From Gammaproteobacteria bacterium (lineage in GTDB: Bacteria > Pseudomonadota > Gammaproteobacteria > SG8-11): 64,000 nt of DNA. Position 1 is the stretch's first letter. Each line of letters opens with the position of its first letter. The DNA lies in contig JAHECY010000004.1 of the NCBI GenBank assembly GCA_024641505.1, positions 37,133 to 101,132 on the forward strand. Direction: 5' to 3'. Of the stretch, positions 51,908 through 62,162 are shown piece by piece. The notes under the pieces are model-generated. The model searched no databases, was not told the origin of the DNA, and saw only the letters and a list, made by a program, of their open reading frames with translations. The translations under genes and the position numbers were made by a program.

Positions 51908-52801
51908 ATGAACAAGAAACCTGAAATCCCCGTCAAGAGTCCGATTGAGCCGCGTCAGCTGGAATTGACCAGCCGTATTCAATTCAATTGCCATCCGGGT
52001 ATCTCCTGTTTCAACGCCTGCTGCCGTCAGGCGGACATTACCCTGGCACCCTATGATATTCTTCGTCTCAAGCAACGTCTGGGCATGACGTCCACGGAAT
52101 TCCTTAAAGCCCATACCGTTCCTTTCGAAATTGATGCACATGGCACGCCCGGTGTGAAAATGCGCACCCGAGACCATGAGCCGGTCTGCTTGTTCATGGA
52201 TGAGAAAAGCGGTTGCACCGTCTATGAGGATCGGCCGTCGGCCTGTCGTTATTACCCTGTGGCCTTGATGTCGTCGCGTCGTTCTGACGAGTACACCGAC
52301 CGCCAGCATTACGCGCTGGTGCAGGAAGAGCATTGCATGGGACACAAGGAAGCCCGCGAAATCACCGTCACCGATTACCGCAAGGAGCAGCAAGTCGAGC
52401 AATTTGACGAGTTGAACCGTGAATACTATCAATTAATCCTGAAGAAGAAATCCGCAGGGCCGGCGATCGGCAAGCCGACACCCACCAGTTTTCAGTTTTT
52501 TTTCCTGGCCTGTTACGATATTGACCGCTTCCGTGAATTTCTCGCCTCGTCCAGTTTCCGTAACGTGTATCGGATGGATGATGCTGAGTTCGACGTCTTG
52601 TTGACCGATGACCTGGCACGCTTGAAATTCGCGTATCGTTTGCTGCGGCAAGTGTTGTTTGGCGAAATGACCATCCCCATGATTGACGATATATTTGAAA
52701 AACGCATGGCAGAGCGCGGTGAGATCCTTGCCAAGCGGAAGGAAATGGAAATCGAGATCGCCAAGCAGCAAGAACCGATTGAACGCTTCATCGACGATTA
52801 A
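51908..52801 (+). CDS. YkgJ / CxxCxxCC family cysteine-cluster protein
   Basis: FNCHPGISCFNACC, CLFM...GCTVYEDRPSACRYYP, HCMG. Confidence 0.87.
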   Translation: MNKKPEIPVKSPIEPRQLELTSRIQFNCHPGISCFNACCRQADITLAPYDILRLKQRLGMTSTEFLKAHTVPFEIDAHGTPGVKMRTRDHEPVCLFMDEKSGCTVYEDRPSACRYYPVALMSSRRSDEYTDRQHYALVQEEHCMGHKEAREITVTDYRKEQQVEQFDELNREYYQLILKKKSAGPAIGKPTPTSFQFFFLACYDIDRFREFLASSSFRNVYRMDDAEFDVLLTDDLARLKFAYRLLRQVLFGEMTIPMIDDIFEKRMAERGEILAKRKEMEIEIAKQQEPIERFIDD

Positions 52802-53058
52802 TCCTGTTTGCTGATCCCCTCCCGAGCTCCCGTCCACCTTCCGGGCTATATTCGGCGTTGGATTTTAGCGATTATTTCGCTTCTTGAATCGCTGTAATCG
52901 CGCGCAGGACCACTGCTGCTCCGCTATATTCACTCCTTTGCTGCACCTGAGGATAATTATTCTGTGGTTTAATTATGGGCAGCCGATATCCAGTTGTCAG
53001 AAAATTGATAAATAAGTTTAAGTAGCTGGATTTTTCCATGCATTAGGTGTGTTTTCGT

Positions 53059-54444
53059 ATGACCGACGACTTTTCTTCCGCGGTACCGCAATCAATTCTT
53101 GTCGCGTGTGACAATGGTTATCTGCTGCTCGACGCTGAATGGCGTGTGCTTTATGCCAATCCTGCCGCCTGGCGGTATCTGGGTGTCACGGATCAAGGGT
53201 CCCATATCGGTGAAGAGCTCTGGGATATCGTACCGGAGCTTGCGTCTTCCTTTTTCCCTCAGTTTCAAAAAGCCCGGACCCGATCGGGTCGGGTGGACTA
53301 TACCGGCTATTATCCACCGTTGGATCGTTGGTTTGATATCAAGATCATTTGTCAGGACCAGAATCTATTGGTAACCCTGGTGGATGTCACTGAACGCCTG
53401 CGGATGATGGAAATGCTGGGCCAAGGTGAAATGTACTGGAACAAGTTATTTGAAAGTCTCACAGAGGTTGTGATCGTAACCGATGAGCTGGGTACCGTGC
53501 TGCGCGCGAATCCTGCGGTGAATAAGGTGTTTGGCCTGCAACCTCAAGATATATTGGGTAAGAATCTCACGCTCTTGATGACCGGCAACGACCAGCAGCA
53601 TCACGCCGACTACATGCGCCAGTATCTCAAGACGTCGCGTTCCAAAATCATCGGTGTCGGTCGGGAGGTCAAGGGTCGACATGTCAGTGGCCGGGAACTG
53701 TACCTGGATCTTGCGATCAATGAAATTCTGTTTGCCGACAAACGTTATTTTGTCGGAGTGTTGCGCGACATAACGGCGCGTAAACAACAGGACGAGCAAA
53801 TTCGTAAGTTGAACGAAGAGTTGGAGCTACGCGTTTCCGAACGCACCCGGCAGTTGCAGGAAGCTAATGCCGAATTGGAGCGCCTGGCCATGATCGACAT
53901 CCTCACCGGCCTCGCCAATCGGGGTCGCTTCCAGCAAACTTTGCAGCACATTGCCAAGGACGCCGTGGATCAACAGTTGGCGTATTCGATATTGATGATC
54001 GATTTAAATGACTTCAAGAAGGTTAATGATACCTTGGGGCACCATGTGGGTGATCTGCTGCTCAAGGAAGTGGCCAGACGAGTGTTGGGAAATACCCGGG
54101 AAACGGATGTCGTGGCGCGCATCGGGGGTGATGAATTCGCGGTAGTGATGCCAAAGACCACGTTACGGGGTGCCGAAGCGGTGGCGAAAAAACTTGCGAA
54201 AAGTTTCCACGAGCCGTTTGAGCTCGATATGCGTTATGTGACGTGCGCTTGCAGTATCGGCGTTGCGGTATTCCCCATTCACGGTACCGATGCCATGGAG
54301 TTATGTAAATTTGCGGATGCTGCCATGTATCATGCAAAACACACGAAGATAGAATACACGATTTACAGTCCGGGATTAATGGAAAGTTTGCGCGAGCCAA
54401 GCAGTTCCCGTGGCATAGTGACCATGATTAAGCGCAAAGAATGA
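53059..54444 (+). CDS. PAS-PAS(FixL-like)-GGDEF diguanylate cyclase
   Basis: Second [16 protein letters not shown]...IIGVGREV; DILTGLANR; RETD I-site plus GGDEF. Confidence 0.9.
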   Translation: MTDDFSSAVPQSILVACDNGYLLLDAEWRVLYANPAAWRYLGVTDQGSHIGEELWDIVPELASSFFPQFQKARTRSGRVDYTGYYPPLDRWFDIKIICQDQNLLVTLVDVTERLRMMEMLGQGEMYWNKLFESLTEVVIVTDELGTVLRANPAVNKVFGLQPQDILGKNLTLLMTGNDQQHHADYMRQYLKTSRSKIIGVGREVKGRHVSGRELYLDLAINEILFADKRYFVGVLRDITARKQQDEQIRKLNEELELRVSERTRQLQEANAELERLAMIDILTGLANRGRFQQTLQHIAKDAVDQQLAYSILMIDLNDFKKVNDTLGHHVGDLLLKEVARRVLGNTRETDVVARIGGDEFAVVMPKTTLRGAEAVAKKLAKSFHEPFELDMRYVTCACSIGVAVFPIHGTDAMELCKFADAAMYHAKHTKIEYTIYSPGLMESLREPSSSRGIVTMIKRKE

Positions 54445-54559
54445 TTCCAGCAGATGTGCGCTGCGCAAGAGTTGTCACACTCATGGAAAAGCCGTTACAG
54501 TAGGCATAATAGCCGCGGATGGCACGGTGCGCCAGGCGGCGGTTAGCGTGAGATCGCCA

Positions 54560-55423
54560 ATGACAGTCAGCCAGCGGACGCATCCGGTCCAGCCCAAAAA
54601 AATCGCCTACTGTGGGTACGATTTCTTCCACGCCTGTCTGCGTGACTTGCTCGAACGCAGTTTCGAGATCGGTTGTGTATTCAGTTTTGAATGTGACAAT
54701 CGTTACAACTATAACGAGTACCTGCGTGAAATTTGCCGTAACCGAGGGATTCCCCTGTATCTGACGCCAGTGGATGCGAGCTGCGTGCAAGATCTTGCCC
54801 GGCAAGGCTATGAGCTGTTGATTAGCGCCGGCTACAAACACAAGCTTCCGGACCTGGCGCCCTTCGGTATTAAAGGCATAAATGTTCATCCCACGTTGTT
54901 GCCCCTCGGTCGCGGCGTCTGGCCGTTGCCATGGACTCTGCTAAGCCAACAACCCAGATCCGGCGTTACCGTGCACAAGTTGTCTCCCGTGTTTGATGGC
55001 GGCGATATTCTGGCGCAACGTGATTTTGCCGTGTCGCCCGCTGAAGATCTGGAAACGTTGTCGGCAAAGCTGCAAATGCTGGCGGTGGAAGTGTTGGCCG
55101 CGGTGGTCGCCAATCTGCAGGACTCGTGGGATAACGCCACGCCCCAGACACACCGTGTCAGCGCGGTTCCGATGTACAGTCAACAACAGCGTACCCTGGA
55201 TTGGCGCAACCGCGTAGCCGATATCGAACGCATCTGTCGGGCTTTTGGCAAGTTTGGAAGTTATGCGCGATTTGAAGGTCAGGACTGGCTGGTGACCAAG
55301 CTCTCGGTCTGGTCGCAAGCGCATGGATTTACACCCGGTACGGTGGTGCACAAAACCAATACTGAAATGATTGTCGCGGCCGGTGACGGTATGGTTTGCC
55401 TGCAGTATTTTCAGCCTTTGTAA
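54560..55423 (+). CDS. Stand-alone formyltransferase-family protein
   Basis: INVHPTLLPLGRG, GVTVH, FDGGDILAQ; Fmt-like C-terminal domain. Start uncertain. Confidence 0.82.
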   Translation: MTVSQRTHPVQPKKIAYCGYDFFHACLRDLLERSFEIGCVFSFECDNRYNYNEYLREICRNRGIPLYLTPVDASCVQDLARQGYELLISAGYKHKLPDLAPFGIKGINVHPTLLPLGRGVWPLPWTLLSQQPRSGVTVHKLSPVFDGGDILAQRDFAVSPAEDLETLSAKLQMLAVEVLAAVVANLQDSWDNATPQTHRVSAVPMYSQQQRTLDWRNRVADIERICRAFGKFGSYARFEGQDWLVTKLSVWSQAHGFTPGTVVHKTNTEMIVAAGDGMVCLQYFQPL

Positions 55424-55825
55424 TAGCGACATTGAGCAACCGGCTTGTCGGATCAGGCGATGGGCGTGGTGTCGGAAAGGGTGGCGTTATCTACCAACAA
55501 TCACCGGAATACCGTCGATGGTCGGGTGCTCGATACCGCACTGAAGATTGTTGCAGCGCGGGGTCTCTTCAAGGCGTTGATCAAGATCAATAATAATATG
55601 GCGAATCTATCGCTGATCCCCGTAATCACTGAGCATGATATGTAAATCAGTAATTATAATAAAACTAAATAGCTGATATCACCCCAGCGTTAACTCGGCA
55701 CTGGCATATACTAAATAAATACTAAAGTTAAGGTAGTCAGCGGACGACTTAATACCAAATGACTTCCTGTCAGGTTAGTGACTCCATCTCGGTCATCAGG
55801 TAACGAATAGTTCGGAGAAAGACTT

Positions 55826-58459
55826 GTGAAAGCTAATCATGGTATGTGGATACTGGTAGCGTCTGTTGTTACGCTGTCGGCCACATGGATGGTGATGCCC
55901 TGGGTTTACGGGGTATTGCTTGCCGGTATCGTGGCGGTTTCCGTTTATGCATGGGAATTACGCGCAAGGCTCAAAGTTATCCAGAACCAACAGGAATGGA
56001 CGCACTATGCCTGGGCCCAGGCCATGGAATTTCTGCCCGATCCCATGTATGTGGTGGACTTGAATGACAAACTGGTTCTTGCCAATGCGGCATTCTATCG
56101 GCAGGTCGGCCGGACCAAAGAGTCCTGCCTTGGGCGAGACGTGAAGACCTTGCTGCACCTGAAACCGGAAGACAAGCCGTGTCCGGGATGTCTTGCGCGT
56201 TTGGAGCGTCGTGATGCGTTCTTTACCAAGGAAAGATTTGATCACACCAATCCTACCGGCAAACCGATAGAGGTGACAATACGGGTAATCCGTGATAATC
56301 GTGACGCGCCCATTGGCATCCTGTCAGGCATACGCGACTTATCTCATTTGCGCGCGGCTGAGGAAGTACTGCGCATCAGTAAAGAACGTCTTAACAGCGC
56401 ACAACAGTTGGCGCATATAGGCAGCTGGGAGTTGGATTTGGGGGGGCACCAGTTGCATGTATCAGACGAGATGAGCCGATTGCTTGGGTTGCCGTCGGAC
56501 GCGTCCTGCGTCGATCTGGATACCTATCGTTCGTTTGTGCATGAGGGTGATCTGGCACGCTTCGACCACACCCTGGAGGAAAGTATCGCCAACGAATCCG
56601 AGATCCACTTGGACTACCGTTTGCTGATGACCGATGGTGCCTTGCGTATTGTGCATCAGCACACGGCGGCCATGCTGACGCCCGCCGGGAAAGTGCAGGG
56701 GGTTGCCTGTACCGTTCAGGATGTAACGGAGCATAAGCAGTACGAGAACGCTTTGTTTGAGCAGAAAGAACGCGCCCAGGTCACCCTGAAATCTATCGGC
56801 GACGCGGTGATAACGACCGACGTCAATGGCTTTGTTGATTATATGAATCCCAGCGCCGAGAGAATATCCGGTGTTAGTATCGATCACGCCATGGGCAAGC
56901 ATTGCCGCAATGTGTTTCAGGTCTCTGATGAGCGGACCAATGCGCCGATCAAGGATATCGTGCTGCGTTGCCTGAATACCCGGTCCGACTGCCTGCATTT
57001 GGATCATAATCTGTTACTGCGGCCCGATGGCAGTGAGGTGGCGGTAAAAATCACCGCCGCGCCCATGCACGACAAACAGCGACAAGTCACTGGGGTTGTC
57101 ATTGTCTTTCATGACGTCACCGAAATGCGTACCATGGCGCGCAAACTCAACTATCAGGCATCCCATGATTCACTTACCGGGTTGATCAACCGGCGGGAGT
57201 TTGAGGTGCGCCTCGCCGAAGCGGTGGATAGGTCAACCATTGATCGTTCTGAGAACGTATTGATTTATATGGATCTCGACCAGTTCAAGATTGTTAATGA
57301 CAGTTGTGGTCACGCTGCCGGCGATGAATTGTTGAAGCAGGTAGCGACACTGTTTCAGTCCCGGGTCCGCGAGTCCGACACGCTGGCGCGCATCGGTGGC
57401 GACGAGTTCGCGGTTTTGCTGCATCATTGTCCGGTGACCAAGGCACAGCTTATCGCGAACGCCTTTCTGGCGGATATTCAGGATCATAAGTTTTTCTGGG
57501 ATAACCGCCACTTCGGTATCGGCGTGAGTATCGGTATGGTGGTTATTGACGGCGCCACGGTGAGTGACCGGGATGTGCTGGGAAAAGCAGATGCGGCTTG
57601 CTATGTGGCCAAGGATCGAGGCCGGAACAGAATTCAGTTATTTAAGGATACCGATGGTGAGATGCTGGAGCACCGCGGTAATATGCGCTGGGTCAATGAG
57701 ATCAACGCCGCTTTTGACGAGCATCGATTCGTGCTGTTTATTCAGGAGATTGCGCCCCTGCTGGCCGGCACAACGTGTTCCCACGCGGAATTTCTCATTC
57801 GTATGCGTGATCGCGATGGCAGCATAATATTACCGGGGCAATTCCTGCCCGCAGCTGAGCGCTACGGCCTGATGCGCGCCATCGATAAATGGGTGGTGCA
57901 AACCGTGTTCACGGAACTGGCTGTGTTAGCGCGCCAGAAATTACTGGGCAGGAAAATCTATTCCATCAATTTGTCCGGTGACACCTTGTCCGACCCGGCA
58001 ATGTTGCAATTTATTACGGATCAGGTTGGTGCCGGCGACTTCCCGGCTGAAAATATCTGTTTCGAGATCACCGAAACCGCAGCAATTTCCAATCTCGGCG
58101 ACGTCACCCGGTTCATGTCCCGGTTGCAGGCGCAGGGCGTGAAATTCGCGTTGGACGATTTTGGCAGTGGCTTGAGTTCGTTCGCTTATCTCAAGGAATT
58201 GAAAGTGGATTTCCTGAAAATCGATGGCAGTTTCGTGCGCGATATCGTGGATGATCCGGTGGATTACGAACTGGTGAGCACGATTCACCAGATTGGCAAG
58301 CTCATGAATATACAAACTATTGCTGAATTTGTGGAATCCGCCGCAATTTTTGATAAACTGGCAAGTATCGGTGTCGACTATGTGCAGGGTTATCACGTGA
58401 GTAAGCCGTTTCTTTATGACGAGACTCGGATCGTTTCGGATAAAGGCCTAACGGCTTGA
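55826..58459 (+). CDS. Membrane-anchored PAS x3-GGDEF-EAL protein
   Basis: N-terminal TM, PAS domains, HDSLTGLINR, GGDEF, EFLIR, EITET, DDFGSG, LKIDGSF, IAEFVE, QGY. Confidence 0.92.
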   Translation: MKANHGMWILVASVVTLSATWMVMPWVYGVLLAGIVAVSVYAWELRARLKVIQNQQEWTHYAWAQAMEFLPDPMYVVDLNDKLVLANAAFYRQVGRTKESCLGRDVKTLLHLKPEDKPCPGCLARLERRDAFFTKERFDHTNPTGKPIEVTIRVIRDNRDAPIGILSGIRDLSHLRAAEEVLRISKERLNSAQQLAHIGSWELDLGGHQLHVSDEMSRLLGLPSDASCVDLDTYRSFVHEGDLARFDHTLEESIANESEIHLDYRLLMTDGALRIVHQHTAAMLTPAGKVQGVACTVQDVTEHKQYENALFEQKERAQVTLKSIGDAVITTDVNGFVDYMNPSAERISGVSIDHAMGKHCRNVFQVSDERTNAPIKDIVLRCLNTRSDCLHLDHNLLLRPDGSEVAVKITAAPMHDKQRQVTGVVIVFHDVTEMRTMARKLNYQASHDSLTGLINRREFEVRLAEAVDRSTIDRSENVLIYMDLDQFKIVNDSCGHAAGDELLKQVATLFQSRVRESDTLARIGGDEFAVLLHHCPVTKAQLIANAFLADIQDHKFFWDNRHFGIGVSIGMVVIDGATVSDRDVLGKADAACYVAKDRGRNRIQLFKDTDGEMLEHRGNMRWVNEINAAFDEHRFVLFIQEIAPLLAGTTCSHAEFLIRMRDRDGSIILPGQFLPAAERYGLMRAIDKWVVQTVFTELAVLARQKLLGRKIYSINLSGDTLSDPAMLQFITDQVGAGDFPAENICFEITETAAISNLGDVTRFMSRLQAQGVKFALDDFGSGLSSFAYLKELKVDFLKIDGSFVRDIVDDPVDYELVSTIHQIGKLMNIQTIAEFVESAAIFDKLASIGVDYVQGYHVSKPFLYDETRIVSDKGLTA

Positions 58460-58639
58460 CGATGCGTTCGCACCGGTCGGATCATGTCCGGTTTGTGTTG
58501 CCCTCGTATCACCCGGGTGGTCTGGGAACGAGGATTTCGCGCTTGCCGCACGCTGCGGTTTAAAGCGTGGTAACAAGGGTCGTTGAACCCGGGGGATTCC
58601 CGTCAAGGCGGGACTGTGCGTAGATGGTTGAGTTGTAAA

Positions 58640-59869
58640 GTGAATTCCAACGACCCCGACAAATTGATACCCATCAAGAACCTGATTCAGGGAGTGCCGG
58701 CGTCGGCGGGTTTTGACCTGTCATCGGTTGGTTTCCGGCCGTTTTTTTTGCTGGCGTGCCTGGCCGCGGTGATCATGCCGGCGCTCTGGATGTTTTCCTA
58801 TAAGAATTTTCTGACCCTGCCGAGCTACTACACGGCCATCGGCTGGCATACCCATGAAATGATCTTTGGTTATGCCGCGGCGGTGATCGCCGGATTTCTG
58901 CTGACGTCGATACGTATCTGGACGGGGCGCCACACGCTGACCGGCTGGCCGTTGTTGTGGTTGGCCATGTGGTGGCTGGCGGCGCGCTTGTTGCCGTTTG
59001 CGCCGGGATTGTCTCCCATGGTGCTGGCGGTGGTGGACCTGCTGTTTCTGCCGATTCTCGCCCTGGTAGTGCTGGGTCCGGTAATGGCCGTCCGGCAGTG
59101 GCACAATACCGTATTTTCGGCCATTCTGCTGCTGATGGCGGGCGCTAATCTGATGATCCACCTGGAAGCGCTGGCCGTGGCCAAATCAGCCGGTATCGGC
59201 ATGAAGGTCGGCTTATACAGTGTGCTGCTGTTTATCATCATTATGGGCGGCCGTGTCATACCCTTTTTCATCAGTCACCGGGCTTTTGGCATCAAGCCGC
59301 GTTCCTGGCGCGTCATTGAGTATGCCAGCGCGCCCAGTCTTGTGGTATTGGCGCTGGCGGATATCCTGGAATGGCGGGGCTTGCTTTTGGGCCTATGCGC
59401 CGGCGTGCTCGCCCTGGTGCAAGCCATCCGACTCAGCGGCTGGTTGAACCGGAAAATATGGGCTGTGCCCCTGTTGTGGATTCTGGTGGTGGCGTACTTC
59501 TGGCTGGTCGTGGGATTTGGCCTGTTGGCATTATCCTGCCTGGGATGGGAAAAACAATTTCTGGCGATGCATGCGCTGACCACCGGTGGTATTGGTGTGA
59601 TGACGCTCGGATTGATGGCGCGTGTGGCGCTGGGTCATAGTGGACGCATGTTGCATGCCCATTGGCTGACGGTCTGCGCATTTGTGCTGGTGAATCTTGC
59701 CGTGGTCGTGCGCGTAGTGGTTCCGGCGCTTATGCCCAGCTACTATGTGCTGTTGTTGACCATGTCAACGTTAATATGGATGGCGGGATTCCTGGCCTTT
59801 CTGCTGGTGTATGCGCCGATCTTGCTGACTACCGCGAGTACTACCGGTTCCGGTCAGTCCCGAGGCTAG
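58640..59869 (+). CDS. nnrS: NnrS family membrane protein
   Basis: GFRPFFL, WHTHEMIFG, GGRVIPFF, HALTTG, RVALGHSGR. Start uncertain. Confidence 0.9.
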   Translation: MNSNDPDKLIPIKNLIQGVPASAGFDLSSVGFRPFFLLACLAAVIMPALWMFSYKNFLTLPSYYTAIGWHTHEMIFGYAAAVIAGFLLTSIRIWTGRHTLTGWPLLWLAMWWLAARLLPFAPGLSPMVLAVVDLLFLPILALVVLGPVMAVRQWHNTVFSAILLLMAGANLMIHLEALAVAKSAGIGMKVGLYSVLLFIIIMGGRVIPFFISHRAFGIKPRSWRVIEYASAPSLVVLALADILEWRGLLLGLCAGVLALVQAIRLSGWLNRKIWAVPLLWILVVAYFWLVVGFGLLALSCLGWEKQFLAMHALTTGGIGVMTLGLMARVALGHSGRMLHAHWLTVCAFVLVNLAVVVRVVVPALMPSYYVLLLTMSTLIWMAGFLAFLLVYAPILLTTASTTGSGQSRG

Positions 59870-60157
59870 AGAGTTCAAATTCCATGTGACGCTATCCGTG
59901 TGAGGATATTATTGTTTTGTCATAGCAGACATCATAAGATAACCCAAAGCTTCGGTTGCTAAGCTGCGCTGGATCGCAAGTACCCGGCGATATCAGTTTC
60001 CTGCCGGCCTTGGATGGCCCGGTAGACCGGTGGGCGTTCATCGAGGTGAACGTACCCGGAGTGGCTCCTGTACAATTCCCGCACTATCAAGTGTCTGTTG
60101 CAGGGATGCGCGGAAACGGAACACTGTGGTGGCGCGATCTCTACTACGGAGACGACT

Positions 60158-61003
60158 ATGCATAGGCGTGTGGCTGCTATTTTGGGCGCACTGTCGTTGC
60201 TGATGCTGTGCGGCGCATCCAATGGCGATCCAGAGGCCGATCGCATGGCCTTTCAACAGTACTTCAAAAACCGGTTTCCCGATGTTCCCATGGCGAGCTT
60301 CATCACCGGGATTTACGCCATTGATGGCACGCTGCGCATGCAGTGGGAGGAAAGTGAGGAATTTCCTCCCTACGAACTTGCCATTGCGGAGGGCCGGCGT
60401 TTCTTTGATACGCCGTTGGTCAACGGTAAACATCTGGGAGACTGTTTTCCCAATGGCGGCGTAGGAGTAGCGGATCGCTATCCCTATTTTGACGGCGCCC
60501 GTGGTGAAGTGATGACGCTGGAGCTGGCCATCAATGAGTGTCTGGCGGCCAACAATATGAAACCGTTGCCCCCGAATAAAGGCATGCTGGCGTCAGTGGA
60601 GGCCTACATGACCTTTACCACACGCGGCAAACGGATCGCGGTACTCATCCCCGATGATCCACGCGCCCGGGCGGCCTACGAACAGGGTAAAACGTTTTAC
60701 TATGCCCGGCGTGGGCAGTTGAATATGGCATGCGCCCATTGTCATGTGGATCATGCCGGGCGGCGCCTGCGCTTCGAGCGTATCAGTCCCGCCCTGGGGC
60801 AGGTCAGTCATTATCCAGTGTTTCTTTCGGAATGGGGCGGCGTGGGTACCTTGCATCGGCGATTCGGTCAGTGTACGGAGCGCGTCCGTGCGCGGGCTTT
60901 CGCCAGCCAGAGTATCGAATACCGGAATCTGGAATATTTCCTGGCCTATATGAGCAACGGCCTGGTATGGAACGGTCCGGGTACGCGCCTGGCGCAACGG
61001 TAG
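60158..61003 (+). CDS. soxA: Sulfur oxidation c-type cytochrome SoxA (single CxxCH, orphan)
   Basis: Signal peptide, EEFPPYE, YPYFD...TLELAINEC, RRGQLNMACAHCH, LHRRFGQC, YRNLEYFLAYMSNG. Confidence 0.88.
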   Translation: MHRRVAAILGALSLLMLCGASNGDPEADRMAFQQYFKNRFPDVPMASFITGIYAIDGTLRMQWEESEEFPPYELAIAEGRRFFDTPLVNGKHLGDCFPNGGVGVADRYPYFDGARGEVMTLELAINECLAANNMKPLPPNKGMLASVEAYMTFTTRGKRIAVLIPDDPRARAAYEQGKTFYYARRGQLNMACAHCHVDHAGRRLRFERISPALGQVSHYPVFLSEWGGVGTLHRRFGQCTERVRARAFASQSIEYRNLEYFLAYMSNGLVWNGPGTRLAQR

Positions 61004-61014
61004 GGAGCACTTAC

Positions 61015-62052
61015 ATGGATTTTCGACAGTTGGGACGCACGGATTTGCGCGTCAGCGCCGTTGGTTTGGGCACCATGACCTGGGGGTTTCAGAATACCCA
61101 GGAAGACGGGTTCGCACAGATGGACTATGCGCTGGAACGCGGCATCAATTTCTTCGATACCGCCGAGATGTACGCCATTCCGCCCAGCGCCGACACCTAT
61201 GGCACCACGGAAACTATTATCGGTAACTGGTTCGCCGCGCGGCGTAACCGCGACCAGGTGATTCTGGCGACGAAAATGACCGGGCCGGGTCAATCCTGGA
61301 CCCGGGACGGCAGCGACATTGACGGCCGTAACCTGCTGCTCGCTGTGGACGACAGCTTGCGGCGGCTGCAAACCGACTACATCGACCTGTATCAGTTGCA
61401 CTGGCCCAACCGGGGCTCCTACCACTTCGGCAGGACTTGGCACTATGCGCCGCGATTCGACGTGCGCGCGGTGACGGAAAATTTTCTCGACGTGCTGGAG
61501 ACCGTGCAGAGTTTGGTCCGCGCCGGCAAGATCCGCCACTTCGGCGTGTCCAATGAAACCGCCTGGGGGCTCGCCAAATGGCTGCAATTGGCCGATCACA
61601 ATCTGCTGCCACGCGCCGTGTCGATCCAGAACGAATATTCGCTGCTGTGCCGCCACTTCGAGCCCGACCTCAGTGAAATCACGCTCAACGAAGACTGCGG
61701 CCTGGTCGCCTGGTCGCCCTTGTGCCGGGGTATGATCAGCGGCAAATATCTTGATGGTGTCCGACCGCCCGGCGCCCGGCTCACCATCGAGACGCGCGTC
61801 GAGCATCGCATCCATCCCATGACCGACGCGGCAATTCGTCGCTATATTGGATTGGCGCAGCGGCACGGACTCGATGTGTGTCAAATGGCCATAGCCTTCG
61901 TCCTGGGCAAGCCGTTCGTTACCTCGGCGCTGGTTGGCGCCACCACGCTGGACCAGTTGCAAACCGATATCGACGCCATTTCGCTTACACTGACCGAAGA
62001 AGTGATTGCGGAAATAGAATCCATCAGGCGTGAATACCCCATGCCTTTTTGA
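61015..62052 (+). CDS. Aldo/keto reductase (Tas-like)
   Basis: GLGTMTWG, NFFDTAEMY, LQTDYIDLYQLHWP, GVSNET, SIQNEYSLL. Confidence 0.92.
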   Translation: MDFRQLGRTDLRVSAVGLGTMTWGFQNTQEDGFAQMDYALERGINFFDTAEMYAIPPSADTYGTTETIIGNWFAARRNRDQVILATKMTGPGQSWTRDGSDIDGRNLLLAVDDSLRRLQTDYIDLYQLHWPNRGSYHFGRTWHYAPRFDVRAVTENFLDVLETVQSLVRAGKIRHFGVSNETAWGLAKWLQLADHNLLPRAVSIQNEYSLLCRHFEPDLSEITLNEDCGLVAWSPLCRGMISGKYLDGVRPPGARLTIETRVEHRIHPMTDAAIRRYIGLAQRHGLDVCQMAIAFVLGKPFVTSALVGATTLDQLQTDIDAISLTLTEEVIAEIESIRREYPMPF

Positions 62053-62162
62053 TGGTGGCATGTTATCCCGGGATGGCGGAGTTCAAACCGGGACGATGGC
62101 GTACGGCCCGATAACAATCCTTACCCGCGTCATGACTGGGTACCCCGGTATTTCGATATCTT

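Noticed and set aside
60730-61014. Apparent N-terminal extension of the aldo/keto reductase overlapping soxA
   Set aside because: The real start is ATG 61015 with a GGGAG RBS; the extension is an open alternative frame of soxA.
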